NCBI GenBank assembly: GCA_963662285.2
Contig: CAXXMV010000002.1
Span: 192,001-256,000 of the forward strand
Direction of reading: 5' to 3'
Length of the DNA: 64,000 bases
Origin: a bacterium
Lineage (GTDB): Bacteria > Hinthialibacterota > Hinthialibacteria > Hinthialibacterales > Hinthialibacteraceae
Shown piece after piece: positions 60,796-64,000 of this stretch. Within the stretch, counting starts at the first letter, position 1, and every line of letters starts with the position of its first letter. Made by a program: the position numbers and the translations under genes. The notes under the pieces are model-generated. The model was not told the origin of the DNA. It worked only from the letters and a program-made list of their open reading frames with translations, and made no database searches.

Positions 60796-62400
60796 ATGGA
60801 TATTTCTCTTTCTCCTGAACAATCGTTGTTAAAAATACATTCTGAAAGCAAAGCGGATCAATCTGCGTTGTATTATCTCAACGCGAACTACTCCAGCCTG
60901 TTATTATGCTCAACATTCGGCAAGGAACATCTTCCGAAGCGTTATTGGCGCAATTATTGTTCTGATACAGAGATTATTTTCAGTATAAAACATGCCCGAA
61001 AAGCTTTTATTCTAGAAGGAAGTTCTATTACAGGCGGGCAGGAAGAGGTTATCGCGGTTCCAATACTCAGCGGCGATAATGTGTTTGGCTTGATTGTTCA
61101 CTCTTATGTGGGGCAATCGCCTGATGATCTTCAGTCTCTCATGAATGTAGTTAATGATTTCTCTAGTGATTTATTCTCTGGTTTAATCGAATTCCTGGTC
61201 GCTGAACAATCCCGTCCCCTTCCCGCGCTGCTTCATATCGCCGGCGAAATATCATCTTCACTTGATTTGGATCGCGTTTTGCTAAATGTAGTTGAACAGG
61301 GAACCGTCTTATTCCGGGCCAAGATGAGTTCGTTGATGTTAGTCAATCAAAAACGGAGAGAATTAGAGATGGTTACCGCTTATGGTTGCAGTCTGGATTA
61401 TCTGGATAAGCCGAATCTTCCTCTGGACGGAGCGATTCTGGGAACCGTAGTCCGTGAAAATCGCATTTTGCAGATAATAGATGTTTTTGATGAACCTTTG
61501 TATCTTCACAAAGAGCAGGCCAGAAACGAAGGCGTATGTTCTCTTCTGGCGGCGCCTATTTCATTTAAGAATCAAGTCCTGGGCGTTCTCAATATTTATT
61601 CAGCCACTCAACGCCGCTGGCAGCGTTCGGAGATGGAGTTGCTTCAGACCTTCGCGGATCATGCCGCTATTGCCATCACTAATGTCAGGGTGCATGAGCA
61701 AAATATGGATATGGAAGAGCGCTTGCAGGAATCGGCCAAACGGGCGACTCTGGGCGAACTGGCCGCCGGTTTGGCTCATGAAATCCGTAATCCACTGGCG
61801 GTTATTAATATGCTGATTCATTCATGGAAATCATCACCGCCAGTTGAGGAGGATTTCCAACAGGATGTTGATGTTATCGCGCAGAAAATCAGCGACTTAA
61901 ACTCTTTGGTAGGCGATTTGCTAAGCCTTGCCAAGACTCGTCCCCTGGAGCGGCGGCAGATCAACATCGAAGAACTGATTGATCGCGTCCTCCGTTTATT
62001 GAAGCATAGGATCAACAAACAGCGCGTCACAATCAGTAAAAAAATATTGACAGAGAATACTTCCATTCCGATTGACCGTGAGCGAATTGAACAGGCAATG
62101 CTTAATTTATTATTAAATGCTTTGGATGTGGTGCCTGAAGAGGGCGTCATACGTATGATATTATATAAGGATGACGGCATGCTGGCTCTAGATATTGAGG
62201 ATTGCGGGCCGGGGATTCCTGCTGATATCGTTAAGGATATCTTCAAGGCATTTCGTTCCAATAAACCGGAAGGCGTGGGATTGGGGCTGCCTATGACGCT
62301 ACGTATTGTTGAAGAACACCAGGGCGCCTTACGGGTTACGAAAAATGGTCCAAGCGGCGCCACATTTACTATGACCTTGCCATACTCCACTGCCGGTTAG
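60796..62400 (+). CDS. GAF-domain sensor histidine kinase (cytoplasmic)
   Basis: ATG GAT ATT TCT read on the + strand at 60796 (ORF track strand is wrong); GAF domain; AHEIRNPL, NLLLNA, DCGPGI, GVGLGL. Confidence 0.93.
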   Translation: MDISLSPEQSLLKIHSESKADQSALYYLNANYSSLLLCSTFGKEHLPKRYWRNYCSDTEIIFSIKHARKAFILEGSSITGGQEEVIAVPILSGDNVFGLIVHSYVGQSPDDLQSLMNVVNDFSSDLFSGLIEFLVAEQSRPLPALLHIAGEISSSLDLDRVLLNVVEQGTVLFRAKMSSLMLVNQKRRELEMVTAYGCSLDYLDKPNLPLDGAILGTVVRENRILQIIDVFDEPLYLHKEQARNEGVCSLLAAPISFKNQVLGVLNIYSATQRRWQRSEMELLQTFADHAAIAITNVRVHEQNMDMEERLQESAKRATLGELAAGLAHEIRNPLAVINMLIHSWKSSPPVEEDFQQDVDVIAQKISDLNSLVGDLLSLAKTRPLERRQINIEELIDRVLRLLKHRINKQRVTISKKILTENTSIPIDRERIEQAMLNLLLNALDVVPEEGVIRMILYKDDGMLALDIEDCGPGIPADIVKDIFKAFRSNKPEGVGLGLPMTLRIVEEHQGALRVTKNGPSGATFTMTLPYSTAG

Positions 62401-62526
62401 GGTGGTTAAAAACAGTTTGTAACTTTTCCGCGTTTGTTCATAGAATTTCAATCGTTGCTGTAATCCTTGCATGGATCAATGAGTTCTTTATAATTCGTTT
62501 AATTCCGTCGTTCAATTCGAGCTGAG

Positions 62527-63219
62527 GTGTCATTTATGCTTTTATCGGTGATCATGCCAGTATTTAATGAAGAAACAACAATAGAGAAAATTATTGATCA
62601 AGTTCTTCGTGAACCTACTGATAAAGAATTAATCATTGTTGATGATTGTTCCCAAGATGGAACAAGGGAAATTCTGGGGAAGATCAAAAATGATAAAATA
62701 AAGATAATCCTACATGATACTAACCAAGGAAAAGGGGCGGCAATTCGAACCGCCATCTCTCATATTTCTGGTGATATCGCCATCGTCCAGGATGCTGATT
62801 TGGAATACAATCCGCAGGAATATTCCCGGTTGATAAAACCCATTCTGGAAGATAAAGCGGATGTTGTTTACGGTTCGCGTTTCAGGGGTGCGGAGCAAAG
62901 AGTTCTTTTCTTCTGGCATTATCTGGCGAATAAAATGCTTACCCTTGTCTCTAATATGCTGACAAACCTCAATTTGTCTGATATGGAAACATGCTATAAA
63001 GCCTTTCGGTCTACTATTATTAAACAAATGGATATTCAGTCTAATCGATTTGGCGTGGAACCTGAATTAACCGCGAAGATTGCCAGATTAGGCTGTAGAG
63101 TATATGAAGTGCCTATTTCCTATTATGGCCGTGATTATTCAGAAGGCAAAAAAATCACTTGGAAAGATGGTTTCTCCGCTATTTGGTGTATCATAAAATA
63201 TAATCTTTTTGATAGATAA
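62527..63219 (+). CDS. GT2 (DPM1-like polyprenol-phosphate glycosyltransferase)
   Basis: MPVFNE, DDCSQDG, QDADLEY, DMETCYK, EGKKITW. Confidence 0.92.
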   Translation: MSFMLLSVIMPVFNEETTIEKIIDQVLREPTDKELIIVDDCSQDGTREILGKIKNDKIKIILHDTNQGKGAAIRTAISHISGDIAIVQDADLEYNPQEYSRLIKPILEDKADVVYGSRFRGAEQRVLFFWHYLANKMLTLVSNMLTNLNLSDMETCYKAFRSTIIKQMDIQSNRFGVEPELTAKIARLGCRVYEVPISYYGRDYSEGKKITWKDGFSAIWCIIKYNLFDR

Positions 63220-63274
63220 ATCGAGAACTTTACACTTTCCAGCCATGTCGGGTAATCAGGTACCCTATCCCTTT

Positions 63275-63370
63275 GGAATATGCATTAAGTTAACCATATT
63301 GTCCCCTCTCCCGCCAGGAGAGGGTTAGGGTGAGGGGGATTTTTAAGGACTTGAGTTCATGACATTTCCC
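63275..63370. mobile_element. Second, shorter copy of the 24759 MITE family
   Basis: Ends GGAATATGCATTAAGTTAA and CTTGAGTTCATGACATTTCCC; internal GTCCCCTCTCCCGCC.GGAGAGGGTTAGGGTGAGGGGGAT nearly identical to 24856-24894. Confidence 0.65.
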
Positions 63371-63447
63371 ACGGGCTAGAAACTAGGACGAAAAGTGTTC
63401 GATGTAGTGTATATAAACCACTCTAACAAAGCCGCCGGATGATCTTA

Positions 63448-64000
63448 ATGTCCAAACGTCTGCTATATATACTTCTTTTCGCATTATTGGTTCGATTACT
63501 TTGGATATTCCTTATCCCTTTTTTAGGAGATTTGTACCCATTCGTTGATGCGGATGGCTATATAAAATCTGCGAAATATATCCGCAACGGAGTGTTTCTG
63601 GATAGTGGAGATCATATTAAACGTATGCCTCTCTATCCGTCCCTGCTCTCCTTGTTCAGTTTTTTGCCAAGCGCAGCACAACTTTTATCCATACGTATCT
63701 GGCATTGCGTATTAGACCTATGCACTATATGTTGCGTCTTTCTCTTTATGCGGCGTTGCTTCAATGAACGCGCAGCTATTTTATCAGCGCTGCTTTATGC
63801 GATTTATCCTCTTGCGCTCTATCGCTTACCCCTGATGAATACGGAATTGATCCAAGGCGCCGCTTTAGCCTTTTGGCTGTTAGGAGCGGCCAGGATGCTC
63901 AGGAGCCGCAACATCATTGATGCAATCTATCTATCCTTAATATCGGCCATATTGGTTTTTATCAGTCCGGCTCTGCAATTGATACCGGTTTTCTTTACCT
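63448..64000 (+). CDS. GT-C fold membrane glycosyltransferase (ArnT/PMT-like), truncated by the window end
   Basis: Own translation: MSKRLLYILLFALLVRL..DADGY...A..RMPLYP..AILSALLYAIYP..LMNTE; not in the ORF track. Confidence 0.8.
   Translation, partial: MSKRLLYILLFALLVRLLWIFLIPFLGDLYPFVDADGYIKSAKYIRNGVFLDSGDHIKRMPLYPSLLSLFSFLPSAAQLLSIRIWHCVLDLCTICCVFLFMRRCFNERAAILSALLYAIYPLALYRLPLMNTELIQGAALAFWLLGAARMLRSRNIIDAIYLSLISAILVFISPALQLIPVFFT

Noticed and set aside
60796-62400. ORF track lists the histidine kinase on the minus strand
   Set aside because: The + strand at 60796 reads ATG GAT ATT TCT CTT (MDISL) and ends GGT TAG at 62400; the gene is on +

Overview
Bacterial chromosomal window of moderate GC with AT-rich intergenic regions and about 50 CDS. 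The pilin-like 'GFTLIELLIVVAIIGILAAIAVPNF' gene, PT-linker Ig protein, Tat oxidoreductase and lone BMC gene suggest a PVC-adjacent or candidate phylum such as Ca. Hinthialibacterota/OLB16; this is inference only. Housekeeping content: purE, spoVG, murI, cdsA, uppS, miaA-hfq-hflX, argJ, mrp, PTPS-folE, four tRNAs (Ser-GCT, Ser-TGA, Leu-GAG, Leu-TAA) and an unannotated 31-aa bS22/AURKAIP1-like ORF. The standout is a 15.5-kb seven-gene export operon (32049-47566). It encodes a TolC-like channel, an adaptor, two RND subunits (one fused to an intact ABC ATPase and with an eroded proton relay), a second ABC ATPase, an ABC-2 permease, and a permease fused to a catalytically dead M1-peptidase domain. 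Other highlights: an AT-rich PIN toxin pair with a palindromic operator, two DnaA-box clusters without dnaA, a stand-alone FliG C-domain paired with a degenerate PFOR-alpha, and several REP/MITE families, including a MITE inserted in a REP loop with a 5-bp duplication. No CRISPR, rRNA or transposase was seen. The supplied ORF track lists the 60796-62400 kinase on the wrong strand; it is on +.
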